Shown piece after piece: positions 31,475-40,539 of a DNA stretch of 64,000 nt (the first letter of the stretch is position 1; every line of letters starts with the position of its first letter). The stretch is from an uncultured Bacteroidaceae bacterium (GTDB lineage: Bacteria; Bacteroidota; Bacteroidia; Bacteroidales; GCA-2748055). Under the pieces are notes generated by a model that worked only from the letters and a program-made list of their open reading frames with translations, made no database searches and was not told where the DNA came from. The stretch spans positions 35,463 through 99,462 of the forward strand of contig CAZIFQ010000001.1 in NCBI GenBank assembly GCA_964538375.1, given 5' to 3'. Position numbers and translations under genes: made by a program.

Positions 31475-32987
31475 GATCCTCTGGTTTTTCTTCCAACACC
31501 TCTTCCATTTTGGTTCGACCTATGGTCTCCCCTGGCTCATCCTTGACCCGGTTCTCCTTGTGATAAATATCCATGGCAACCAGCATTCCGGTAAATCCCC
31601 AGAATAAAGCGGAAGCCTTATCTGTGTCCAGGAAATTATTAAGTATGCCATGAATGTAATAGGTAATCAATCCAATTAAAATACCCAGTGAAAATATTCT
31701 TATCGACCTCGATTGTGCCCTAATATACACCCTGATTCCGGTAATGATTGCAGTAACTATAATGATGAGCATACTAAGCATCCCAAGCACTCCTGATTCT
31801 GATAAAGGGCCCAAATACTCACTGTGTGCTGTTCCCCTGATTCCAAAATCTGTGCTAATTTCAGTTTTTTCAAATGATCTCTGAAATTTACCATATTCAA
31901 ATTGAAAAGTTCCCGGTCCATAACCAAAAATCGGCCTGTCTTTCCACATCCTGTATGCACAGCTCCAACGGTTGATCCTTTCCAGATTCGATTGATCATT
32001 ACTTACATTGGAGATAGATTGAACATGCTCTCCAAAATCTCCAGAAGATTTTTGGTTGTTCCCTTCCAGGTTCATTAAAATCTGGGTCTGGAAAACAAAG
32101 AACAAGGCAAATATTACAAGCCCGGCAATGGCAAGTATTTCAAACTTGATGCGCATCCTGATTACTATCCATATAGCAAATCCACCAACAAGACTTACCC
32201 AGGCAGCTCGTGTATATGAAAAAACTGTGGCGGCAACAAATACCAGGATAAGCAATATCATTAAAAACCTGGAATTAATATCCCCTCGTTTTGTCAGTCC
32301 GAAAAAAGCCAACAACACGGGTAGCAACAAAGCTAATGTAGCACCATAGGAAGTATGATCTTTGTAAAATGGCTGCATCATACTATGCGCCATCATCTGG
32401 TTATCTAATCCGTAAGCTGAATGTCTGATGATAGTATATGCAATGACCACCGCAAAGGATATCACATATAGCCAAACATACTTGTGCATGTTTTTCTCCC
32501 TGCGAAATACCTGTATGGCAAGAATATAAAACCCGACAATAAACCATAAACGGGAAACAAAAAATTTCACTGAAACTAGTGGGTCGCTGCTGGTGATTAC
32601 TGTAACTGCCATCCAGGCCAGGTTAAAATAGATAGCAATAGAAACCGGATGCCTGAGTATCTTCAAGTCCATCCTCTCCCCGCTTAAATATTTAAAAAGA
32701 AACACTAAAAGCAAAGCTGCAAGCAAAGGTTCAGTCGGGAGATAAAGGTCGACCGGCAATCCTTCCATGAGTTCGCTTAATGGAATCGATAAGGGTACAA
32801 AAAATACAATGATGTACAATAATACATCAATCCGGGTAAAAGCAATAAGAAAAAATAACAAAGCGGCAGGGAGCAATGGCAGATAAAAGAACTCCAGTGC
32901 AATGCACACGGTGTTCACTGCAATGAATGCAATGGCTGCTATCCACACCCAAAGCATCTTTTGTCGACGCCCCCTTGCCTCTTGCAT
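31467..32987 (-). CDS. O-antigen ligase (Wzy_C) family membrane protein
   Basis: 506 aa and polytopic. FSYTRAAWVSLVGG and GYGPGTF...AHSEYL are characteristic. The start overlaps the Wzz stop (TAATG). Confidence 0.75.
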   Translation of the reverse strand: MQEARGRRQKMLWVWIAAIAFIAVNTVCIALEFFYLPLLPAALLFFLIAFTRIDVLLYIIVFFVPLSIPLSELMEGLPVDLYLPTEPLLAALLLVFLFKYLSGERMDLKILRHPVSIAIYFNLAWMAVTVITSSDPLVSVKFFVSRLWFIVGFYILAIQVFRREKNMHKYVWLYVISFAVVIAYTIIRHSAYGLDNQMMAHSMMQPFYKDHTSYGATLALLLPVLLAFFGLTKRGDINSRFLMILLILVFVAATVFSYTRAAWVSLVGGFAIWIVIRMRIKFEILAIAGLVIFALFFVFQTQILMNLEGNNQKSSGDFGEHVQSISNVSNDQSNLERINRWSCAYRMWKDRPIFGYGPGTFQFEYGKFQRSFEKTEISTDFGIRGTAHSEYLGPLSESGVLGMLSMLIIIVTAIITGIRVYIRAQSRSIRIFSLGILIGLITYYIHGILNNFLDTDKASALFWGFTGMLVAMDIYHKENRVKDEPGETIGRTKMEEVLEEKPEDLK

Positions 32988-33961
32988 TATTCTTCTTTCT
33001 TCAGCGCAGTTCTGTCTTTCAGACTATCAATAATAATCAGTAAAATGAGGGTGAGCAAAAATGCAGATGCCGTAGATACCATTACAATGATGGATTTCTT
33101 TGGATAAGCTTTTTTCTCTGAAGCATAGGCCCGGTCGACAATAAATTTATGGGGTAGATTCTGAACGGCCTCCACCCTTGCTTCCTTATATCTTTGGCGC
33201 AGATCTGCAAGAACGTCTGTTTCATGATCCAGTCGATTAGTCATAGTAAGGACAGTCCCTCCATGTTCGGCAAGGGCTTTCATAGCAGTTGAAATATTGT
33301 TATTGCCACTTTGCGTAATGCTAGCAGAAATTTCCTGTCCCATCTTTTGAACTGATTCCTGAAGGAGATTAATATTTTCTTCCGCCTCTAGATATTCATA
33401 TTCAACCAGCTTCAATGCGGCTAGTGCCCTCTCTTTCTTCATGGCGCTATATACCGTATCAATGAGGTCAGAGATATCATTGGCAATGTCCGCTGCCATT
33501 TGTGGATCTTTGTCCATTACAGCTACCTCAACCGACATAAACTCCGTCCGCCTTGCACTGATATTATTCCTGTACTCTGCATTCAGCTGAGTATATGGAT
33601 ACTTCGATGAAGGATCAATATCATAGTGCTCCATCAGCTTATATTTCACCATGATACGCTCTCGTATCAACGCAGAGTTCAAAACCTGTAACAATTGTTC
33701 CGCCTGCTCCTCTTCACCAAATCCATAGGCATCCTGTCGCCCCATATAATTGGAAGATAGCAGTGATTTTGATATAGATGCTCCCGTGGTTGGAAACATA
33801 ATAACTGAAGATTTATACTTCGGAGTAATCTGGTAGGAAACCACGATGGAAGCAACCGCTGCTACCAAGCTAACTATGAGTAGAATCATTCTCTTTTTCC
33901 ACATATAGATCAACAGATCTACGGAGCTGAAATTATAGCTCTTTTGTTCTTTGTCGCTCAT
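32987..33961 (-). CDS. Wzz-like polysaccharide chain length determinant protein
   Basis: 324 aa with an N-terminal TM followed by ITPKYKSSVIMFP, a coiled-coil middle and a C-terminal TM. Confidence 0.65.
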   Translation of the reverse strand: MSDKEQKSYNFSSVDLLIYMWKKRMILLIVSLVAAVASIVVSYQITPKYKSSVIMFPTTGASISKSLLSSNYMGRQDAYGFGEEEQAEQLLQVLNSALIRERIMVKYKLMEHYDIDPSSKYPYTQLNAEYRNNISARRTEFMSVEVAVMDKDPQMAADIANDISDLIDTVYSAMKKERALAALKLVEYEYLEAEENINLLQESVQKMGQEISASITQSGNNNISTAMKALAEHGGTVLTMTNRLDHETDVLADLRQRYKEARVEAVQNLPHKFIVDRAYASEKKAYPKKSIIVMVSTASAFLLTLILLIIIDSLKDRTALKKEE

Positions 33962-33972
33962 GCTTATGTATT

Positions 33973-35259
33973 TTATTGTATGCTTATTAAAAAGTAATTC
34001 TTTTTCCCCTTTTGAATAAGGAGATATTTACCATTAATGAAATCTGCTCCACTTACCCGTGCCTCCGGATCAGATATTTTTTGTTTATTGATGCTCACTC
34101 CACCTCCCTTGATAAGCCGCCGAAGCTCACCTTTGGACGGAAATACCGTGGTATGTTCTACCAGGAGTGTCATAAGTTCTGCGTCCACCTGATCCTTTGA
34201 AATTGTGAACTGGGGAACACCTTCAAAAACTGCCAGGAACATCTCTTCCGGTATCTTGCTCAAAGTTTCACTTGTCGCTTTTCCAAATAAGATCCCTGAT
34301 GCCTCAACAGCCATTTCATAATCATCACGTGAATGCACCATTACCGTCACCTCCTCTGCAAGTCGCTTCTGCAATATCCTTTGGTGGGGTTCTTTCTGAT
34401 GATCAGAGACGAGCTGGTCAATCTCTTCTTTTTTCAGCATAGTAAAAATCTTGATATACTGATCTGCATCATCATCAGAAACATTCAACCAGAACTGGTA
34501 AAATTTGTATGGAGAAGTTCTTGCCGGGTCCAGCCAGACATTTCCCTCTTCGGTTTTTCCGAATTTTCCTCCATCTGCTTTCGTGATTAAGGGACAGGTC
34601 AGGGCATAGGCCTCTCCACCTTCCTTGCGTCGGATCAATTCTGTACCTGTTATAATATTTCCCCACTGGTCTGATCCACCCATCTGCAACTGGCAATCAT
34701 ACTCACGATATAAATTAAGGAAATCGAAACCCTGCACAAGCTGGTAGGTAAATTCTGTAAATGACATTCCAGTTTTCGACTCTGCACTTAAACGTTTCTT
34801 CACAGAATCCTTCGCTATCATGTAATTCACCGTGATATGCTTTCCTATATCCCTGATAAACTCCAGGAATGAATATTCCTTCATCCAATCATAGTTGTTT
34901 ACCATCAATGCCTTATTGGACACCTCCGTTTCAAAGTCCAAAAATTTACTGATCTGGGCCTTCAAACATTCCTGGTTATGTCTCAGGGTAGGCTCGTCAA
35001 GGAGGTTTCTCTCCTGCGATTTGCCACTCGGATCACCTATCATTCCTGTTGCTCCTCCAACAAGGGCAATCGGACGGTGACCAGCATGCTGAAAATGTTT
35101 CAACATCATCACTCCCACCAGGTGTCCAATATGCAAGGAATCAGCCGTTGGATCAATCCCAACATAAGCTGAAGCCATCCCTTTTCCAAGACACTCTTCC
35201 GTTCCTGGCATGATATCATGTATCATCCCTCTCCACCTTAGCTCATCAACAAAATTCAT
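33973..35259 (-). CDS. tyrS: tyrosine--tRNA ligase
   Basis: 428 aa with the HIGH motif (DSLHIGHL), the KFGKT motif and a C-terminal S4-like domain. Confidence 0.95.
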   Translation of the reverse strand: MNFVDELRWRGMIHDIMPGTEECLGKGMASAYVGIDPTADSLHIGHLVGVMMLKHFQHAGHRPIALVGGATGMIGDPSGKSQERNLLDEPTLRHNQECLKAQISKFLDFETEVSNKALMVNNYDWMKEYSFLEFIRDIGKHITVNYMIAKDSVKKRLSAESKTGMSFTEFTYQLVQGFDFLNLYREYDCQLQMGGSDQWGNIITGTELIRRKEGGEAYALTCPLITKADGGKFGKTEEGNVWLDPARTSPYKFYQFWLNVSDDDADQYIKIFTMLKKEEIDQLVSDHQKEPHQRILQKRLAEEVTVMVHSRDDYEMAVEASGILFGKATSETLSKIPEEMFLAVFEGVPQFTISKDQVDAELMTLLVEHTTVFPSKGELRRLIKGGGVSINKQKISDPEARVSGADFINGKYLLIQKGKKNYFLISIQ

Positions 35260-35295
35260 TTTTATAGCTTATATTATAGATTTAAATAACTAATT

Positions 35296-35847
35296 TTAAA
35301 TTTCAGTATTACTGTCTGTTACATCTTCTCCATTTGATTCATCTCCCGGAAGCCATTCCCTAAATTCAGCACGCTTTAAATAAGGAAAAACAGCAGGTGC
35401 AAATTTCGATAAAGGCACAAATAACAAAGATTTCTCTACAGTTTCTTCGCTAATAAAAGCTTTCTTACTATTTACAGCTGAAACAGGCATCAGTATAATA
35501 CTAATGATAAATGCATAAAGCAATACTCCAAAAGCCATCCCTGCCAGTCTGTTAATAAAATTCAGAGCCACTGCCTTTATCAGCTTATCAACCAGGAAGG
35601 CAGCCACATGAACCACTATAACAATCAGAACGAAAGTCACTGCAAAGGAGATTAAATTCTGATACTGTGGATTTATCTCAAACCACCCGTTCAATATATC
35701 TCCCATTCTTTCATGAAAGCGCATGGCGCCCAGAATACCTAGTACCAAAGCAGTTATTGAGGCAATCATATACACCAGGCCTTTTTTAAATCCCCGGTAC
35801 AATGCCCACAATAGTGGAATGGCAATAATTATATCTAGAATGTTCAT
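35296..35847 (-). CDS. cvpA: CvpA family membrane protein
   Basis: MNILDIIIAIPLLWALYRGFKKGLV and four TM helices. The ATG at 35847 is preferred over the track start at 35874. Confidence 0.75.
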   Translation of the reverse strand: MNILDIIIAIPLLWALYRGFKKGLVYMIASITALVLGILGAMRFHERMGDILNGWFEINPQYQNLISFAVTFVLIVIVVHVAAFLVDKLIKAVALNFINRLAGMAFGVLLYAFIISIILMPVSAVNSKKAFISEETVEKSLLFVPLSKFAPAVFPYLKRAEFREWLPGDESNGEDVTDSNTEI

Positions 35848-36020
35848 ATTTTTTTGCGACAACAAAATAAGCAATTCCTTTTCAATAACGGAGAAATTTT
35901 ATCAAGTATTATGTTGACTTTGAAGGGAAAATACAACACCAGGCCACCATCTTTGCCTGAAACTCTTGCTTAGAACAGAGCTTTGATTCGTACAATATTG
36001 CATATCTCAACAGAATAAAT

Positions 36021-36056
36021 TAACTTAATCCTTGATTCTAATAACTTAAATCCTTG
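36021..36056. repeat. direct repeat TAACTTAA(A)TCCTTG x2, 21 nt start to start, ending at the start of the 36060 ORF
   Basis: Copy 1 is 36021-36034 and copy 2 is 36042-36056, read directly from the sequence. Confidence 0.6.
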
Positions 36057-36059
36057 GCC

Positions 36060-36725
36060 ATGGAAATTAAAAAATTCAGAAACCATTATGGACTGGAGCT
36101 CATTGCAGCACCGCATGCGGGAATATCATTGGGTGACCTGGTATGGGACTCTCTCCTGGGGGCGCCCGAATTCAGCCATCCCGGAATGCCAAACACTATA
36201 AGCACCGCATTTCTTGATGCCGGGTTGATAGATGAAGAGGAGTTTACTTCTTTTCACAAAGAATTTTCCTCCATTGCGTATATCAAAGCACATTTCCCGG
36301 AAAGAACAGTTGATATCAGATCAGAGGTACTGGGAGAGCTGAAACATCCTACGCTGGGAAGTATTGAAGGAAATTTCAAACTTGATCACATCAGTAAATT
36401 CACTTTTGGAGAATTGCTGGTAAAAGAGATGGATGATATGACCAGGGTAAAGATTGACCAGTACCTGGAGCTCATGAAAGAGAAAAAATGGGCTGAGTAT
36501 GATGGAAAAATCCGTCGCGTCTATATGATTACAGAACTATATGTTGGATCCATCAAACTCGTGGTTGAAAAATCCCTCAGCGGAAAATTCGATGCTGCAC
36601 TTGAGCAAGGAGGATTATCGGTAACTTCAAAATCTGAGGGAAGCAAATCAGTAGAATATGCTTTTTCCCATGAAGAGGTTCCTTTTGCAATGCGAATTGA
36701 AGAGGTAAAGTCTTTTAACGGATAA
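36060..36725 (+). CDS. hypothetical protein; candidate gasdermin-N-like beta pore-forming fold (tentative)
   Basis: 221 aa from the ATG at 36060 (the track uses the TTG at 36054), with no signal peptide. The order of elements resembles the gasdermin N domain (LELIAAPHAGISLGDLVW ... RRVYMITELY ... IKLVVEKSLSGKFDAAL ... LSVTSKSEGSKSVEYAFS..VPFAMRIEEVK). The CDS itself is solid. The family assignment is by eye only. Confidence 0.4.
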   Translation: MEIKKFRNHYGLELIAAPHAGISLGDLVWDSLLGAPEFSHPGMPNTISTAFLDAGLIDEEEFTSFHKEFSSIAYIKAHFPERTVDIRSEVLGELKHPTLGSIEGNFKLDHISKFTFGELLVKEMDDMTRVKIDQYLELMKEKKWAEYDGKIRRVYMITELYVGSIKLVVEKSLSGKFDAALEQGGLSVTSKSEGSKSVEYAFSHEEVPFAMRIEEVKSFNG

Positions 36726-36763
36726 AAAAAGAGACGTATCATATGACACGTCCCTAAATCTTC

Positions 36764-36901
36764 TTAAAACTTCTGTCCAAACACCCATCGGGCAGACAAG
36801 GCCGTATTAAACGACAGGCCACGTGCGCCAACTCCAACCTGCGCTGAGGCACTAAATGCAAATAATAGTATTATGCTAAATGAAAATAATAACTTCTTCA
36901 T
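36764..36901 (-). CDS. 45-aa signal-peptide mini-ORF (OMP-like N-terminus plus terminal Phe)
   Basis: It falls below the ORF-track length cutoff. MKKLLFSFSIILLFAFSASAQVGVGARGLSFNTALSARWVFGQKF. The N-terminus resembles the OMP at 61684-62331 (MKKIIFISIAFLMISASALAQLDRIGVGLSFS). Confidence 0.3.
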   Translation of the reverse strand: MKKLLFSFSIILLFAFSASAQVGVGARGLSFNTALSARWVFGQKF

Positions 36902-36951
36902 GGTTTTGAATTTTTGTTCGAAAGAATTTTCCGAAGAATACTTTGCAAGGA

Positions 36952-37644
36952 TTATGCCAGAAAACTCAAAATCTCCTCAAGACCATTAACTTCAAAAAAA
37001 TTGCTGCTCTCCGGCTTTCGATCAACTTTTTCATGTTCCCAGGTCGTGTGATAGGGAACATGGATAGCATAAGATCCCAATTCCAGGGGAGGTAAAATAT
37101 CTGATTTTAAGGAATTCCCTATCATAACGAATTTCTCAGGAGCAATCTCAAGGTGCTTAAGCAGGTTCCTGTAATTTTCTACCTGCTTATCACTCATTAT
37201 TTCGATATGATGGAAATACCTGGAGAGAGAGGATCTGAATAATTTTCTCTCCTGGTCAAGTAAATCACCTTTCGTTGCCACAATCAATTTGTATTTCCCA
37301 TGAAGCTGATCCAGTACCTCCTTCACTCCAGGTAAAAGCTCAATGTCTTTTTCGAGCATCTCTTTTCCCATGTCTATAATGGCCATGATGGAAGCTGGGG
37401 AAATTTTTCCTTTGGAGATACTGATCCCATTTTCCAGCATTGACAGCACAAATGCCTTGATGCCAAAACCGTATTTTGATAAATTGCTCATCTCCGTATC
37501 AAAGAGCGTCTTCATCACTGTTTCCCGATCAGCAAATTCACTTAGTAATTTTACATAAGCTTCCTCCGTATCACGGTAATAGGTCTCATTCACCCATAAG
37601 GTGTCATCCGCATCAAATCCAATTACCTCAACTTTGCTTTTCAT
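36952..37644 (-). CDS. HAD family hydrolase
   Basis: 230 aa with the motif I VIGFDADDTLW, a later ATKGD and IGNSLKSDI. Confidence 0.8.
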   Translation of the reverse strand: MKSKVEVIGFDADDTLWVNETYYRDTEEAYVKLLSEFADRETVMKTLFDTEMSNLSKYGFGIKAFVLSMLENGISISKGKISPASIMAIIDMGKEMLEKDIELLPGVKEVLDQLHGKYKLIVATKGDLLDQERKLFRSSLSRYFHHIEIMSDKQVENYRNLLKHLEIAPEKFVMIGNSLKSDILPPLELGSYAIHVPYHTTWEHEKVDRKPESSNFFEVNGLEEILSFLA

Positions 37645-37712
37645 ATTAACAAATTTCTGAGAAACGTTTGTTTCACTGATTGTTTCAGGGGAACGCAGAG
37701 CTCCACAGAGAA

Positions 37713-40343
37713 TTACAGCAAAATAGAATTAAACAATAACTTGAAAGAAGCCTGGCTTGAAGCACGGAATTGCGGATTAAATCCAAACAATACCAGCTGT
37801 CCTTCTCCCTTTTCCATCCAAATCATTACGCTCTTGTTGCTTAGCTGTTCTTCATTCCCTGCATAACCACTCATGAGAATCTCTTTCTCGGGATGTGAAG
37901 CAATCACCCGTCTGTCCATGTCAAATCCGGGTACACTGGTCTGAAATACTGGTCGACCACGTGAAAAGACTCCTGTTTCTGCCGGCATTCCCAGGGTTAG
38001 TGGATGGTCCTGCAACACCTCAATTTTCAGCAGACTCCCGGGAATATAAAGCCCCTTACTCGTTAATTGTTTGGATATATCCCTGAAGGGCAACTGAAAC
38101 TCTTCTGTTTCATCTCCTTTTTTTATTTTTAATAAGCCGGAAAACAGGTTTGTAGATTGTCCCCAGGAAATAATCAATCCTCCCTTATCAATGAATGTCA
38201 TGATCTCTTCAAAACCCTCTTTCCCCATTCCTTTCATATAATCCGGATGGTAATTTCCTATGTAATAGCTATCCCCTGATTTTCTTTTGCCCTCCATCAA
38301 GAGGTCCTTATTGCTGTCCGGAAAAATAATTACATCATAATTCTTTGACACTTCAGCTTTCTCTATTTCATCCGGATGTACTATTGTGAAAGGTATATTA
38401 TACGTGTCAAATACAAATCTTGTCCAGCCCGCATCCATATCGTGGAAGTACGTTTCAACCAGCGCAATCCGGGGCATCTCTATCGCTTCACTCTTCAATT
38501 CGATATCCTTAGAAACTTCAATAGCCGGAATTGTCATTTCCGCAACGAGTTTCCTGGCTACTTCTCCATTTTTACCTTCAAGTGACACCACAAAACTTCC
38601 TTTTTTTACTATTTCTCCGCCAATATGCACATCAAGGGATAGCCGCTCAACTGTTATTCCTTTCTCCATTGCGGCAAAAGCAGTCCTAAAAGATTCATTT
38701 GCATTCACCGGAAGTATCACTGTTCCTGCATCGCCCGCCAGTGGTTCTGACAAACTATACGTATCATCAATCATTGCCAGGTTTTTTTCCAGGACCTCAA
38801 CCCTGGTATTAATCTCATACGAGGCAACATTGCGATGCAATGGTAATGACCAACTGGTAATATCATAGGGCTTAATCAATTCACCTCCAGGCGTATAGTG
38901 CCTTTCCGGAAAAGTCTGTTTTTCCATCACTTCCTTAACAAATGCCCGAAATGGCTGAGCCAGCGGGATAACTACATCTCCCTTTACATAAGCCCTTCCT
39001 TCCACGGTCATATTCTTTATAAGCGTGTACAAATTTATCCCGTGCTCCTTCAGGAGAGCAACCATGTTTACCAATTCGCCCTGGTCATGTTGCTTCTCGG
39101 GCATGATATAATAATATGGCGGCTGTGTTTGTCCTGCTTTTACATTGCTTACACATATATCGTTTCTGAAACTAAGAATATCTTCACGGTGATTTGAGGC
39201 AGTTTTGAGAATGGACATTGTTGATACAATTTCATATTCAACAATATCTCCCAATCTCCACCATCCGCCTTCCCAGGGAAGCAGCATATTTATACTTTTC
39301 TTATACTCAGAAAGTCCTTTCCCTCCTACGCGAAGTTCATTAGGTTCAATATAAATTGGAGTTGCTGTTTTGGCGCTGGCTACCTCGGTAAGAAAACCAA
39401 TAACATTTTTCCAGATGCATGTTTCTGTTGATCCGGGCCAATAATCATCAAAGAGGTAATGCTGGGAAACTCCACTTAGATTTTCTCTTGTCATATCATT
39501 CACCATATTCTGACCGAATAGTCCGGACCAGGTAAAAACACCCGCCGGAACATTTTCAGCAATGGGATCATGGTTGGGAGGGACAAAAAATCTTGTTCCG
39601 GTAGATCCCATCTGGTGTTTTTCAACCATCACCTGCGGGAACCAGTTAAGATTGTAGATGCCCGCTATAGCTTTTGTGTCTTCCTGGCTCAGGATGACAA
39701 AATCCCGGTTGTTGTCATGCCCTACATACTTATGATAAACCGACGGCAAAGAGGCGCCTTCATATTTAGTCCCCTTATACTTCATATAATTATTTACTAT
39801 CATATCCATTCCGTCCGGATTGTGATTTGGAACCATCATGTACACAACATTGTTGAGCCATTCCAATTTTTTCTCATCACTTGTTGTAACAAGATCATAG
39901 GCAATTAGCGGGGCCGACTGGGCAGGACCAACTTCACTAGAATGCATCGATAATGTACCTAGAACAAAGACCTTGCCTTCGGCAATCATTTTATCTCGTT
40001 CATGCTTAGGAATATTTGGATCAAGCGCCAGTCGCTTATTCATTTTTTTATACTCATCCAGTTTAGCAATATTTTTTTCGCTGGATAGAAATACGATATA
40101 CATGGGTTTCCCCAAAGGTGAGTTACCAATCTTCTCCAACTTTATGCGGGAAGATACTGTTTCCAATTCCTGCAAGTAGCCAATTAGCTTTTCATATGTG
40201 AAAAGATTCCTATCCGATCCCGGGGTAAATCCAAAATAGGAATCCGGCTTTACCGGCTGGGTTTCCTGGGCGTATATTGAAGATGAATGAAAAAGAATTA
40301 TTGAAACAAGAGCAAGCAAAGAGAAAAACAATTTTCTTTTCAT
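37713..40343 (-). CDS. M14 family zinc carboxypeptidase-like protein, secreted
   Basis: 876 aa with a signal peptide. MMVPNHNPDGMD...VGHDNNRDF are M14 zinc/substrate motifs, followed by a long C-terminal extension. Confidence 0.8.
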   Translation of the reverse strand: MKRKLFFSLLALVSIILFHSSSIYAQETQPVKPDSYFGFTPGSDRNLFTYEKLIGYLQELETVSSRIKLEKIGNSPLGKPMYIVFLSSEKNIAKLDEYKKMNKRLALDPNIPKHERDKMIAEGKVFVLGTLSMHSSEVGPAQSAPLIAYDLVTTSDEKKLEWLNNVVYMMVPNHNPDGMDMIVNNYMKYKGTKYEGASLPSVYHKYVGHDNNRDFVILSQEDTKAIAGIYNLNWFPQVMVEKHQMGSTGTRFFVPPNHDPIAENVPAGVFTWSGLFGQNMVNDMTRENLSGVSQHYLFDDYWPGSTETCIWKNVIGFLTEVASAKTATPIYIEPNELRVGGKGLSEYKKSINMLLPWEGGWWRLGDIVEYEIVSTMSILKTASNHREDILSFRNDICVSNVKAGQTQPPYYYIMPEKQHDQGELVNMVALLKEHGINLYTLIKNMTVEGRAYVKGDVVIPLAQPFRAFVKEVMEKQTFPERHYTPGGELIKPYDITSWSLPLHRNVASYEINTRVEVLEKNLAMIDDTYSLSEPLAGDAGTVILPVNANESFRTAFAAMEKGITVERLSLDVHIGGEIVKKGSFVVSLEGKNGEVARKLVAEMTIPAIEVSKDIELKSEAIEMPRIALVETYFHDMDAGWTRFVFDTYNIPFTIVHPDEIEKAEVSKNYDVIIFPDSNKDLLMEGKRKSGDSYYIGNYHPDYMKGMGKEGFEEIMTFIDKGGLIISWGQSTNLFSGLLKIKKGDETEEFQLPFRDISKQLTSKGLYIPGSLLKIEVLQDHPLTLGMPAETGVFSRGRPVFQTSVPGFDMDRRVIASHPEKEILMSGYAGNEEQLSNKSVMIWMEKGEGQLVLFGFNPQFRASSQASFKLLFNSILL

Positions 40344-40402
40344 AGTCCTGGTGTTAAAGGTTAATCGAACTCCTAAAGTAACAATATTATTTCAGAACAA
40401 CT

Positions 40403-40442
40403 GGGCAGTGGGCGGTGGACAGTGGGTAGTGGGCAGTGGTCG
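40403..40442. repeat. degenerate heptanucleotide tandem repeat (GGGCAGT)n, about 5.5 copies
   Basis: GGGCAGT GGGCGGT GGACAGT GGGTAGT GGGCAGT GGTCG, read directly. It lies in the divergent intergenic region between the M14 gene and plsC. Confidence 0.85.
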
Positions 40443-40539
40443 CACATCTCTGTCTGCACAAGATGAATGCTCAATAAAATAAATAATGTATATTTCGGAC
40501 TTCAATATTAAAAATTACTCATTAATAACTGAGTAAGAA

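Noticed and set aside
37713-40343. M14 peptidase as the activating protease for the gasdermin-like ORF
   Set aside because: It has a signal peptide and carboxypeptidase-type motifs, so it is extracytoplasmic and an exopeptidase. It is also on the opposite strand, behind another gene. This does not fit known gasdermin-activating endoproteases.
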